Shown here in pieces: positions 15,838 to 24,209 of a DNA stretch of 30,998 bases. The stretch lies in NCBI GenBank assembly GCA_036338695.1, contig JAYZBQ010000053.1, forward strand, positions 1 through 30,998, given 5' to 3'. A program made the position numbers and the translations under genes. Origin of the DNA: Myxococcota bacterium. Its GTDB lineage: Bacteria; Myxococcota; UBA4151. The notes under the pieces are model-generated. The model had not been told where the DNA came from. It saw only the letters and a list, made by a program, of their open reading frames with translations, and did no database searches. Each line of letters begins with the position of its first letter. Position 1 is the first letter of the stretch.

Positions 15838-17915
15838 GAGCGGTCTCCTTCTTGAGCGTGCGGCAAGCGCTCTGGCGGGGTGGACTCTTCAACGCTGAGC
15901 GGCAAGCGGGGTAACAGCATGCGCGCCACAGTGCCTCCTCCTTCGCGTGGGCGAAGCTCCAACCGCCCACGATGGTCCTTCACGATGCGCTGCGAGATGG
16001 CAAGCCCCAAACCCGTACCGCCCGACTTGTCGGTCACGAAAGGGATAAAAACCTGATCTCCTAGCTCACTTGGAACGCCCGGGCCGCGGTCTCGGATGTC
16101 CACGGAGAAGTAGTCGCCCCGGTCGTGTGCGTGGACCTCAATCAGCTCGTCGGGCGCTGCCTCGCGCGCATTGCGCACGAGGTTGCGAAGCACCTGCAGG
16201 ATGCGGTCGGGGTCAAGCGCTACGGGCGGCAAGTCGGCGTCGACCTCGAGCGTGACGTCATCGCCAAGCAGCTTCACGGCGGCTGTGAGGAACTCGCTGG
16301 GCTCCACGCTGGAGCGGCTCAGCTTGCTGGGACGGGCGTAATCGAGGAAGCCTTGGACGGTGTGGTCAAGGTGCGCCACCTCCTTGAGGATGATGTCGAG
16401 CATCTCGGCGGCGTCGTCGGGAAGATCCTGCCCGCCGTCAAGCAGCTGTGCGGCGCCTTTGATCGAGCCGAGCGGATTACGGATCTCGTGAGCTAAACCT
16501 GCGCTCATCTCGCCAAGGGTTGCGAGGCGGTCACGCAGCCTGAGTTGATCGGCGTGCCGCGTGTTGGAGAGCCCGATCCCAAGGCGCCCCGCCAAGGCCA
16601 CCAGCGCTGCGCGCTCGACGGGCGTGAAGCCCTCAGGGCGGCGGTCGTCGTTGACGGAGAGCACGCCGATGAGGCGGCTCTCGGAGGCGATGGGCAGCAA
16701 CAGGTCGGCGCCCAGCGCTTCGAGCCCCGCGATCAAGCTGGCGTAGACCGAGACCTGGGCATCTTCGGACGCCGTCATCTTACCGATCCAGTCGGAACGG
16801 CGGCGCCGGTCGCGTTCGATCACCGCTCGGGAGAGCGCTCGAGGCTGGTCTCGGAGACGGGCGAAGAGTTCAGGAGCGTCCCGCACCCACAGCCGCTGCG
16901 CTGGGCGTTCACCGCCAAAGGCGCTCAGCCCTAAGTATTGCTCGGAGCTGTCGAGGAGATGGATGGCGACCCCGGTCACGATTCCCTGACCCTGAAGCTC
17001 TCGAACCACCGCGTCGAGCATTTGCTCCATCTCGACGGAGCGCCGGATTCCGTCACGCGCTTTGTAGCAAGCTTCGGTCAGGTGGGTGGTGCCGGCCATG
17101 AGCAGGCGCATGAGGGTCGCCTCGACCTTGGCTCGCAGCGGCTCAAAGAGGAGCGCAAGAACGGCGCTCGAGATCAGGGTCGCAAAGACGAAGGTGGCGC
17201 CTTGTTGCCGAAACGCGACCACCAGCAACAGATACAGCGCCGTCAGCGCCAACGTGACCGTTCCAAAGATCGCGCCGCGTACGATCAACTCTTGGCTGTC
17301 GAGGAGGCGCTCGCGCATCAGCGTGGCGCTGAGGTAACCAAAGAAGACCACGGGGGCGATGGTCCCGAGCCCAAAGAGGAAGTTGCCTGCGAGCGCTTCG
17401 AGCGCGCTCATGCCGATCGCTAGGCTGCAGCCCATCCACAAAAGACGCAGACGACCTGCCTCGCTGCGGTCCTCGATGTTCTGTGCGGCGAGGCGTAGCT
17501 GGTCGCTCACGAGGATCAACAGCCCGTAAAGCCCGATGGTTAGCGCAATCGGGAGGGCCCCGCCTTCCCGCACCCAAGGGGTCAAAGCGAGCAGGATCGT
17601 GGCAGCTGCGTACAGGACGCTCGCCCAGCGCAGGGAGGCGAGACTCGAGCTCTGGGCTCCCGACGCGACGTGCCCAACCATCGCCGCCGAGACGCTGGGT
17701 AGCAGCCCGGCAGTGACCCAGAAGGCCGCAGGCCACAAGCGCGCCTCCGGGGCGATGGCTGAGGCTGCGCTAAAGAGCTGCAGGAGACCGAACAACCCGG
17801 CGAGCATCACCAAGCGGTCGTCTTTAGGCCTTCCCTGTCCGCGTGCGGAGTGGTTCACCGCGATGACAGCGAGCAAGAGCGCAGCGACAAAGCCGGTCTG
17901 AGCAGTGAGCAGCAT
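15834..17915 (-). CDS. Multi-pass membrane sensor histidine kinase with a GAF domain
   Basis: Several hydrophobic TM segments, a GAF-like 'LLLPIASESRLIGVLSV', H-box 'AHEIRNPLGSIKG', N-box 'NLVRNAREA' and G-boxes 'DRGPGV', 'GGTGLGL'. Probable start is ATG 17915 (MLLTAQ...); the track's extension to 18782 is antisense to the DUF4215 gene. Confidence 0.93.
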   Translation of the reverse strand: MLLTAQTGFVAALLLAVIAVNHSARGQGRPKDDRLVMLAGLFGLLQLFSAASAIAPEARLWPAAFWVTAGLLPSVSAAMVGHVASGAQSSSLASLRWASVLYAAATILLALTPWVREGGALPIALTIGLYGLLILVSDQLRLAAQNIEDRSEAGRLRLLWMGCSLAIGMSALEALAGNFLFGLGTIAPVVFFGYLSATLMRERLLDSQELIVRGAIFGTVTLALTALYLLLVVAFRQQGATFVFATLISSAVLALLFEPLRAKVEATLMRLLMAGTTHLTEACYKARDGIRRSVEMEQMLDAVVRELQGQGIVTGVAIHLLDSSEQYLGLSAFGGERPAQRLWVRDAPELFARLRDQPRALSRAVIERDRRRRSDWIGKMTASEDAQVSVYASLIAGLEALGADLLLPIASESRLIGVLSVNDDRRPEGFTPVERAALVALAGRLGIGLSNTRHADQLRLRDRLATLGEMSAGLAHEIRNPLGSIKGAAQLLDGGQDLPDDAAEMLDIILKEVAHLDHTVQGFLDYARPSKLSRSSVEPSEFLTAAVKLLGDDVTLEVDADLPPVALDPDRILQVLRNLVRNAREAAPDELIEVHAHDRGDYFSVDIRDRGPGVPSELGDQVFIPFVTDKSGGTGLGLAISQRIVKDHRGRLELRPREGGGTVARMLLPRLPLSVEESTPPERLPHAQEGDRS

Positions 17916-18020
17916 ACAGGGCAGATGCCCCCTTTGGGTTCGTTTTGGCAACCGCCTGCGTGCGCAACGCACATTGCGCTTAGGGGGAGAGCGTGAGACA
18001 CTGCAGCTTGGAGAATCGCT

Positions 18021-20510
18021 ATGTTTCGAGTTGCGTTCGCTGTTGTTGTTTTGACCTCGATCAGCTGCGGCCCTGGCGCCCCAGCGCAGAGTCAGGCGCG
18101 CTGCGGGGATGGGCGCGTATCGGGGGGTGAAGGTTGCGATGACGGCAACTCGGTCGATACGGACGCGTGCACCAACGCGTGTCAGCCTGCGGTCTGCGGC
18201 GACGGCGTGGTCCGCACGGATTTGGCGGCTGGTGTTGTGGGCGCAGAAGCCTGTGATGATGGCAACGCGTTCGACGGTGACGGGTGCCTGAGTCGCTGCG
18301 TCGTGGCTCGCTGCGGTGATGGCGTCCTGCGGACCGACATCCCCGAGGGAGAAGAGGGCTACGAAGCCTGTGATGATGGCAACGAGGAGTCGGACGATGA
18401 CTGCACCAACGGTTGCGTCTTGCAGGTCTGCGGCGACGGGATCGTCCAGCCCGAGCGGGGTGAGCTGTGTGATGACGGCAACGAAGAGGACACAGACGCT
18501 TGCACGAACCGTTGTCGCCCTGCCGGCTGCGGCGACGGCTCGGTGTGGGAGGGCAATGAGGAATGTGACGACGGCAACCGAGACAACTTCGACGCCTGCC
18601 TCAACACCTGCACCGCGGCGCGGTGCGGAGATGGTGCGCCCAGAGTAGACTTGAGCGAGGGGGAAGAGGGGTACGAGGAGTGCGATGACGGCAACAGCGA
18701 CTCCGACGACGGCTGCCTGACGACCTGTGTCGCTGCGCGCTGCGGTGACGGTATCTACCGGCGCGACCTCAACCCCTCGCATCCCGACTATGAGGAGTGC
18801 GATGACGGCAACGACTCAGACGATGATGAGTGCTCGAGCGAGTGCGTCTCGCTCGGATGTGGAAACGGGCGCCTGAACGAAGGTGAAGAGTGTGACGACG
18901 GCAACATCGAAGACGCTGACGCCTGCCGCAATGACTGCGTCCGCGCCGTCTGCGGGGATGGTATCACGCGGCGAGACCTGCAAAACGGGGAAGAGGGTTA
19001 TGAGGGCTGCGATGACGGCAACCTCGACAACCTCGACGGCTGCACCAACGCCTGCCGCGTGATGATCTGTGGCGATGGGGTCACGCAAGAAGAGATCGGC
19101 GAGACCTGCGACGATGGGAATCAGGTCGACGAAGACGCCTGCCCGAACACATGCCGTACCGCTGTTTGCGGTGACGGTGTCCGCCGGGAAGACCTGCAGC
19201 CAGAGGAGGAGGGCTACGAGGCCTGTGATGATGGGAATCAAGCGCAGGATGATGGGTGCCTCAACGACTGCGTCGCTGCGGCTTGCGGCGATGGCTTTCA
19301 TCGCCAGGATCTGCAGCCCGGCGCAGAGGGCTACGAGGCCTGCGACGACGGCAACGAGGTCGACACCGACGCCTGCCTGAGCAACTGCGCAGCGGCTGCC
19401 TGTGGAGATGGTGCGTTGCGAGCGGGCGTTGAAGCCTGCGATGACGGAAACCGCGTCGACACCGACACCTGCCGGAACAACTGCGAGGTGGCGCGCTGCG
19501 GCGACGGCGTGGTGAACGTCGGCTTTGAGGCCTGTGATGACGGAAACCAGGTTCAAGACGATGGCTGCAACAACCTGTGCCGCCTCGGCACCTGCGGCAA
19601 CGGGCGTGTCGATCAGAATGAGGAGTGCGACGACGGCAACGACGTCGACGAGGACGCGTGCCGCAACGCGTGCGTGGCGGCTCGCTGCGGGGACACCGTG
19701 GTGCGAACCGACCTTCAAGCCGGCGCGCCGGGCTATGAAGCTTGCGACGATGGCAACCAGGTCGACGACGACGTCTGCAACAACCAGTGCCGATTCAACG
19801 ACTGCGAGCCGACCGTGCGTACGTTTGAGCACACGGGCGCGGTCCAGAGCTTTGTCGTGCCCGAATGTGCGCGCAGCCTGCGCCTTGAGGTTTGGGGCGC
19901 TCAAGGTGGGCCGACTGAGATCTGCGGTGGGCGCACCGACAACGACGGTGGCGCTGGCGGTTACGCGCGCGGTGACCTGGCGGTCGCACCTGGCGATACG
20001 CTGTACATTTTCGTGGGGGGTCAGGGCGTTCGCGGTGGCCGTGGTGGATTTAACGGCGGCGGCGACGGCGGGCGCTATGGCGCGGGCGGTGGCGGCGGCA
20101 GCGACGTGCGCGCAGGCGGTCAAGGTCTTGGCGATCGCGTCCTCGTCGCAGGCGGCGGCGGTGGGGGGAACACCGGCTGCCCGAATCATGGCACCGGCGG
20201 CGCAGGTGGTGGAGAGAACGGAGCTAATGGGATTGTCAACGCCGGGAACCGGCAGGCGCCAACGGGCGGGACGCAAAATGCAGGCGGGCGCGCCGGAACG
20301 AGCGGCGTCGCCGGTCGATTAGGCGTCGGCGGCGGGCGCGGGCAGTATCATGACGCCGGCGGCGGCGGCGGTTACTACGGCGGCGGCGGCGGCTATGCGG
20401 TCGGCGGCGGTGGCGGGAGTGGCTACATCGGCGGCGTCCGCAACGGCAGCATGAGCTCGGGACAACGTCAGGGGCATGGGCGCGTCGTCATCACCTTCGG
20501 GAGGCAGTGA
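18021..20510 (+). CDS. DUF4215 / Myxococcus cysteine-rich repeat surface (lipo)protein with a C-terminal glycine-rich (ALK/LTK GRD-like) domain
   Basis: Signal peptide ending 'TSISC'. 16 'CG(D/N)..ExCDDGN..D.C' repeats counted. C-terminus 'TFEHTGAVQSFVVP...LEVWGAQGG...YIFVGGQG...GFNGGG...GGGGSGY'. Confidence 0.9.
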   Translation: MFRVAFAVVVLTSISCGPGAPAQSQARCGDGRVSGGEGCDDGNSVDTDACTNACQPAVCGDGVVRTDLAAGVVGAEACDDGNAFDGDGCLSRCVVARCGDGVLRTDIPEGEEGYEACDDGNEESDDDCTNGCVLQVCGDGIVQPERGELCDDGNEEDTDACTNRCRPAGCGDGSVWEGNEECDDGNRDNFDACLNTCTAARCGDGAPRVDLSEGEEGYEECDDGNSDSDDGCLTTCVAARCGDGIYRRDLNPSHPDYEECDDGNDSDDDECSSECVSLGCGNGRLNEGEECDDGNIEDADACRNDCVRAVCGDGITRRDLQNGEEGYEGCDDGNLDNLDGCTNACRVMICGDGVTQEEIGETCDDGNQVDEDACPNTCRTAVCGDGVRREDLQPEEEGYEACDDGNQAQDDGCLNDCVAAACGDGFHRQDLQPGAEGYEACDDGNEVDTDACLSNCAAAACGDGALRAGVEACDDGNRVDTDTCRNNCEVARCGDGVVNVGFEACDDGNQVQDDGCNNLCRLGTCGNGRVDQNEECDDGNDVDEDACRNACVAARCGDTVVRTDLQAGAPGYEACDDGNQVDDDVCNNQCRFNDCEPTVRTFEHTGAVQSFVVPECARSLRLEVWGAQGGPTEICGGRTDNDGGAGGYARGDLAVAPGDTLYIFVGGQGVRGGRGGFNGGGDGGRYGAGGGGGSDVRAGGQGLGDRVLVAGGGGGGNTGCPNHGTGGAGGGENGANGIVNAGNRQAPTGGTQNAGGRAGTSGVAGRLGVGGGRGQYHDAGGGGGYYGGGGGYAVGGGGGSGYIGGVRNGSMSSGQRQGHGRVVITFGRQ

Positions 20511-22198
20511 TGATGCGTCGTCTCCTCGTCGGGTTCGTGTGCTTCGCGTCTGTTCAGTGTGCGCCGCCGGCTGGGGTGTCGGAGGGGCGCTGCGGTGACG
20601 GGCGCGTCTCGGCAGCGGAGGCGTGTGATGATGGTAACGACGTCGACAGCGACGGCTGTACGAATCAGTGCACTGTGGCGGTGTGTGGCGACGGGGTCTT
20701 GCGCGAGGACCTCAGCGCGGGAGTCTTGGGCGCTGAGGTCTGCGATGACGGGAACACCTTCGACGGTGATGCCTGTTTGAGCAACTGTCTGCGCGCCTCC
20801 TGCGGTGATGGGGTGCTGCGAACCGACCTCGGTGTCGAGGATGAGGGATACGAAGCCTGTGATGACGGCAACGCTGAGAATTGGGACGGCTGCACCAACC
20901 GCTGTGAGGTAGTGGGCTGCGGTGATGGAGTCGTTCAGCCCGAGATGGGGGAGACCTGTGATGACGGAAACGAGGTCGACACGGACGCCTGCACCAACCG
21001 ATGCAGGCCAGCAGGCTGCGGTGACGGCTCCGTCTGGGAGGGTCAGGAAGCCTGCGACGACGGCAACCGAGACAATTTCGACGGCTGCCTCAACAGCTGC
21101 GACCTCGCTCGCTGCGGCGATGGCGCCCAAAGGCTCGATGTGGCGGAGGGCGAAGAGGGCTTTGAGGCTTGCGACGATGGCAACAGCGACTCGGACGATG
21201 CGTGCCTGACCGACTGCACATTGGCTCGCTGCGGCGATGGTATTCATCGGCGCGACCTCAACCCAAACCACCCGGACTATGAAGAGTGCGACGACGGCAA
21301 CGACTCAGACGATGATGAGTGCTCGAGCGACTGCGTCTCGCTCGGCTGCGGCAACGGACGCTTGAACGAGGGCGAGGCGTGCGACGACGGGAACATCGAG
21401 GACGCAGACGCCTGCCTGAGCGATTGCACTTTGGCGCGTTGCGGTGATGGTGTGGTGCGCCGGGATCTCCAGGCGGGCGAAGACGGCTATGAAGCCTGCG
21501 ATGACGGCAACGAGGTCGACACCGACGCGTGCACCACCTTGTGCGCAGTCGCTCGGTGTGGAGATGGCGTGGTGCGTCAGGACCTCGCCGAGGGAGCGGA
21601 GGGCTATGAGTTCTGCGACGACGGTAACCAAGCCGACGACGACGCCTGCCGGCAAAATTGTGAGCTGGCGCGCTGCGGTGATGGAGTCCAGCGCACCGAC
21701 CTGGGTGAAGGTGTTGAGGGCTATGAGGCGTGTGATGACGGGAACGAGGTCGACGCCGACGCCTGTCGTAACGGCTGCGTTATGGCGCGCTGCGGTGATG
21801 GCGTGGTGCGCACGGATTTGCAGGAGGGCGATAACGGGTTTGAAGCCTGTGATGATGGCAACGCCAACAACGATGACGACTGCTCGAACGAGTGCAGGGT
21901 TCCGGGGCAGTGCGGGGGCTGGGAGTGGAACGGCGGATGCTGGTACACCGCGCCGCGCGTGAACATGTCGTGCCAGGAGTTGTGCGCAGCGCACGGTGGA
22001 TTCGACGCCGCCACGAGTCGCCACACGGGGAACCAGGTGGGGCGGCACTTCTGGCCGAACAAACGTGAGGGTAGGAACTGGGTCGCTATCGAGTGCTCAA
22101 GTACGGACAACAACACCAACTGGGGCGCAACCGGGGCTCAGCCCGACCCGACCTGGAGGCACGCCGCCTGTCACGTTAATTGCTCGTGCAACAACTGA
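20510..22198 (+). CDS. DUF4215 / Myxococcus cysteine-rich repeat protein, paralog with a different Trp/Cys-rich C-terminal domain
   Basis: Signal peptide 'MRRLLVGFVCFASVQC', 12 CDDGN repeats and a C-terminal 'CGGWEWNGGCWY...CHVNCSCNN'. Start is one of 20507/20510/20513, with GGAGG at 20500-20504. Confidence 0.9.
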   Translation: MMRRLLVGFVCFASVQCAPPAGVSEGRCGDGRVSAAEACDDGNDVDSDGCTNQCTVAVCGDGVLREDLSAGVLGAEVCDDGNTFDGDACLSNCLRASCGDGVLRTDLGVEDEGYEACDDGNAENWDGCTNRCEVVGCGDGVVQPEMGETCDDGNEVDTDACTNRCRPAGCGDGSVWEGQEACDDGNRDNFDGCLNSCDLARCGDGAQRLDVAEGEEGFEACDDGNSDSDDACLTDCTLARCGDGIHRRDLNPNHPDYEECDDGNDSDDDECSSDCVSLGCGNGRLNEGEACDDGNIEDADACLSDCTLARCGDGVVRRDLQAGEDGYEACDDGNEVDTDACTTLCAVARCGDGVVRQDLAEGAEGYEFCDDGNQADDDACRQNCELARCGDGVQRTDLGEGVEGYEACDDGNEVDADACRNGCVMARCGDGVVRTDLQEGDNGFEACDDGNANNDDDCSNECRVPGQCGGWEWNGGCWYTAPRVNMSCQELCAAHGGFDAATSRHTGNQVGRHFWPNKREGRNWVAIECSSTDNNTNWGATGAQPDPTWRHAACHVNCSCNN

Positions 22199-22269
22199 GC
22201 GCTCGGGTCGAAACAGCGGGGGTGAGTGAGGCGCTTGGCCTCGGCGCCGAAGTCGGATAAGGTGCCGAC

Positions 22270-23196
22270 ATGAAGTTGTCTCAAGCGATCGAGCGATGGC
22301 TGCGTCACCTGCAGATCGAGCGTGCCTGCTCTGAGCACACGGTGCGCGCCTACGAGGGGGAGCTGCGGCGTCTGATCGAGGCGCTCGATGACCCTGAGCT
22401 AAAGCGGGTCACCGGCAGGCGATTGCGTCGCTTTCTGGCGGCTCGGCATCAAGCCGTTGGCGCCTCGAGTCTGGCGCGCTGCGCCAGCGCCGTGCGTTCC
22501 TTCTTTGTCTACGCTCAGCGCAGCGGCTGGGTTGAGTCCAACCCGGCTCGGCTGCTGCGTCAGCCCAAGGTCCCCAAGCGGCTCCCGCGCCCACTCGCCG
22601 AGGGTGACGCGATCGCGCTGGTGGAGACGCCGGATGGTAGCGCAGCGCCCGATCCTGAGACACAGGTCCAGCTCGACACACGTGACCGCGCTATCCTCGA
22701 GCTTTTGTATGGAGCGGGCTTACGTATCGCTGAACTCTGCAGTCTGCGTCCGGTCGACGTGGACTTACGCCAGCGCACCGTCCGCGTGCTCGGCAAAGGG
22801 GGCAAGGAGCGGATCGTTCCCTTCCCAAAGCCGACGGCGACGGCGCTCAATGAGTGGATGAGGGCGCGCGAGCAGCGGTTTTTTGGGCCGGAGCCGAAGG
22901 TCGATGAAGCCAGCCCGGTGGCGCCCTTGTTTCTCGGGCGCCGAGGGAGCCACCTCAGCCCGCGCAGCGTCCGACGCCGGCTCCGCAAGGTCGTCCAGCG
23001 CGCCGGGCTCGCCGGGCGAATTCATCCCCATCGCTTGAGGCACAGCTTTGCCACCCATCTGCTCGAGGGCGGCGCCGACTTGCGCGCCATCCAGGAGTTG
23101 CTCGGACATGCCAGCCTGAGCACCACCCAAAAGTATACCGCTGTGAGCTTGAGCCACCTCGAGGGCGTCTACGACCAAGCGCACCCGCGCGCCTGA
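22270..23196 (+). CDS. xerC: Tyrosine recombinase XerC
   Basis: 'RDRAILELLYGAGLRIAEL', 'GKGGKERIVP', 'HPHRLRHSFATHLLEGGADLRAIQELLGHASLSTTQKYT' and 'YDQAHPRA'. Full R-K-H-R-H-Y catalytic set. Confidence 0.88.
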   Translation: MKLSQAIERWLRHLQIERACSEHTVRAYEGELRRLIEALDDPELKRVTGRRLRRFLAARHQAVGASSLARCASAVRSFFVYAQRSGWVESNPARLLRQPKVPKRLPRPLAEGDAIALVETPDGSAAPDPETQVQLDTRDRAILELLYGAGLRIAELCSLRPVDVDLRQRTVRVLGKGGKERIVPFPKPTATALNEWMRAREQRFFGPEPKVDEASPVAPLFLGRRGSHLSPRSVRRRLRKVVQRAGLAGRIHPHRLRHSFATHLLEGGADLRAIQELLGHASLSTTQKYTAVSLSHLEGVYDQAHPRA

Positions 23197-23312
23197 TCGA
23201 ACACAACTCCCCGTCTGACTGACCGATACTGTACTGTGGCCCGAAGACGCATGGTTGCCCCCTCGCAATGAGCTCAGGCGGCATGGTATCGGGTAATGGC
23301 GGAGGGCAGCGC

Positions 23313-24209
23313 GTGAACACTCGCCTGCGGAGACTGTGGCGCGACGAAGACGGGCAAGCGCTCGTCGAGGGCGCGCTGGTTTTGCCCGCCATGACCTTCC
23401 TGGTCATCGGGATTATCCAGTTGGTCATGATCCAACATGCGCGCGTCATGACGGAGTACGCGGCATACCAAGCGGTGCGCGCAGGGATCGTTCACAACGC
23501 CGACCGCAAAATGATGCTCAACGGTGCGCTGGTCTCGCTGCTCCCCACGATGGGCGCGACCGATACGATCTTGGGTACCAATGACCCCTTCACCGATCGC
23601 CGCCGGCCGGGGATCCTTCAAGTCTGGCTCAAGGCGAAAGGGCTCTTGCTGATCACCAATCAGGTCCAGTGCGGTATCGCCAGTCTCCAAGCGTATCTGC
23701 AAAATCTGGCGAGCAACATCCCGGGTTTGACGATCCCGCCGTTCACACCGCGTGTCGGCTTGGTCTCGATCGATATGGTCAACCCGAGACAGCAGGACCT
23801 CCCAGAAGAAGAGCTGGACTTTGACTGTATTGAAGGGAACTGTCAGGGGGTCACGGCGGCGCGTGCACGCGACCTGAACCGCATGGCGATTCGGCTGCGC
23901 TACAACTACCGGCTCCGGGTCCCCTTTGCGAACAAGTTTCTGCACGACGCCTGGCTGGCAGCGGTCTTCGGTCGCCGGCTCGACAACCGCTTGATCCCGG
24001 TGCACGACGAGCGCCTCACGCAGGTGAGCCGCCCCCGTAGGCTGACGTTGCGTGAGCAGCTCGAGATGCGCGTGCTGAGGTTGCTCGCCTCTGGCGGTAA
24101 CATCCTCGGCTTTCGCTTCGAGCCGATCTATATGCTCCCAATCGAGACGACCTATGCGATGCAGATGCAGAGCAACCTGTACCGAGCCAACCTGAGGAAC
24201 TGCTTATGA
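23313..24209 (+). CDS. TadE-like minor pilin (Tad/Flp pilus)
   Basis: Prepilin motif 'RDEDG|QALVE', a TM helix and 'EYAAYQAVRAGIV'. Likely GTG start at 23313, 7 nt after GGAGG (alternative ATG 23268). Confidence 0.85.
   Translation: MNTRLRRLWRDEDGQALVEGALVLPAMTFLVIGIIQLVMIQHARVMTEYAAYQAVRAGIVHNADRKMMLNGALVSLLPTMGATDTILGTNDPFTDRRRPGILQVWLKAKGLLLITNQVQCGIASLQAYLQNLASNIPGLTIPPFTPRVGLVSIDMVNPRQQDLPEEELDFDCIEGNCQGVTAARARDLNRMAIRLRYNYRLRVPFANKFLHDAWLAAVFGRRLDNRLIPVHDERLTQVSRPRRLTLREQLEMRVLRLLASGGNILGFRFEPIYMLPIETTYAMQMQSNLYRANLRNCL

Noticed and set aside
17946..17962. Sigma54 -24/-12 promoter (ttggcaaccgcctgc)
   Set aside because: The GG-to-GC spacing is 9 nt instead of the required 10.
17916..18782. 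N-terminal 289 aa of the 982-aa kinase ORF in the track
   Set aside because: Mostly the antisense shadow of the DUF4215 gene. The kinase's membrane domain begins at MLLTAQ (17915).
18816..22048. Long antisense ORFs (486, 267 and 247 aa) and similar ones opposite thrS, infC, pheST and purA
   Set aside because: These are stop-poor reverse frames expected in high-GC coding DNA, with no recognisable motifs.
18100..22198. Repeats as a CRISPR array or a diversity-generating retroelement TR/VR pair
   Set aside because: The repeats are in-frame, degenerate at third codon positions and lack unique spacers. Differences are not adenine-specific, and no cas or reverse transcriptase gene is present.
22270..23196. 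Tyrosine recombinase next to variable-tip genes as a shufflon, integron or prophage integrase
   Set aside because: The sequence is a typical housekeeping XerC (LLGHASLSTTQ.YT, AHPRA end). The flanking genes are co-oriented and complete, and I saw no inverted recombination sites, silent cassettes or att repeats.
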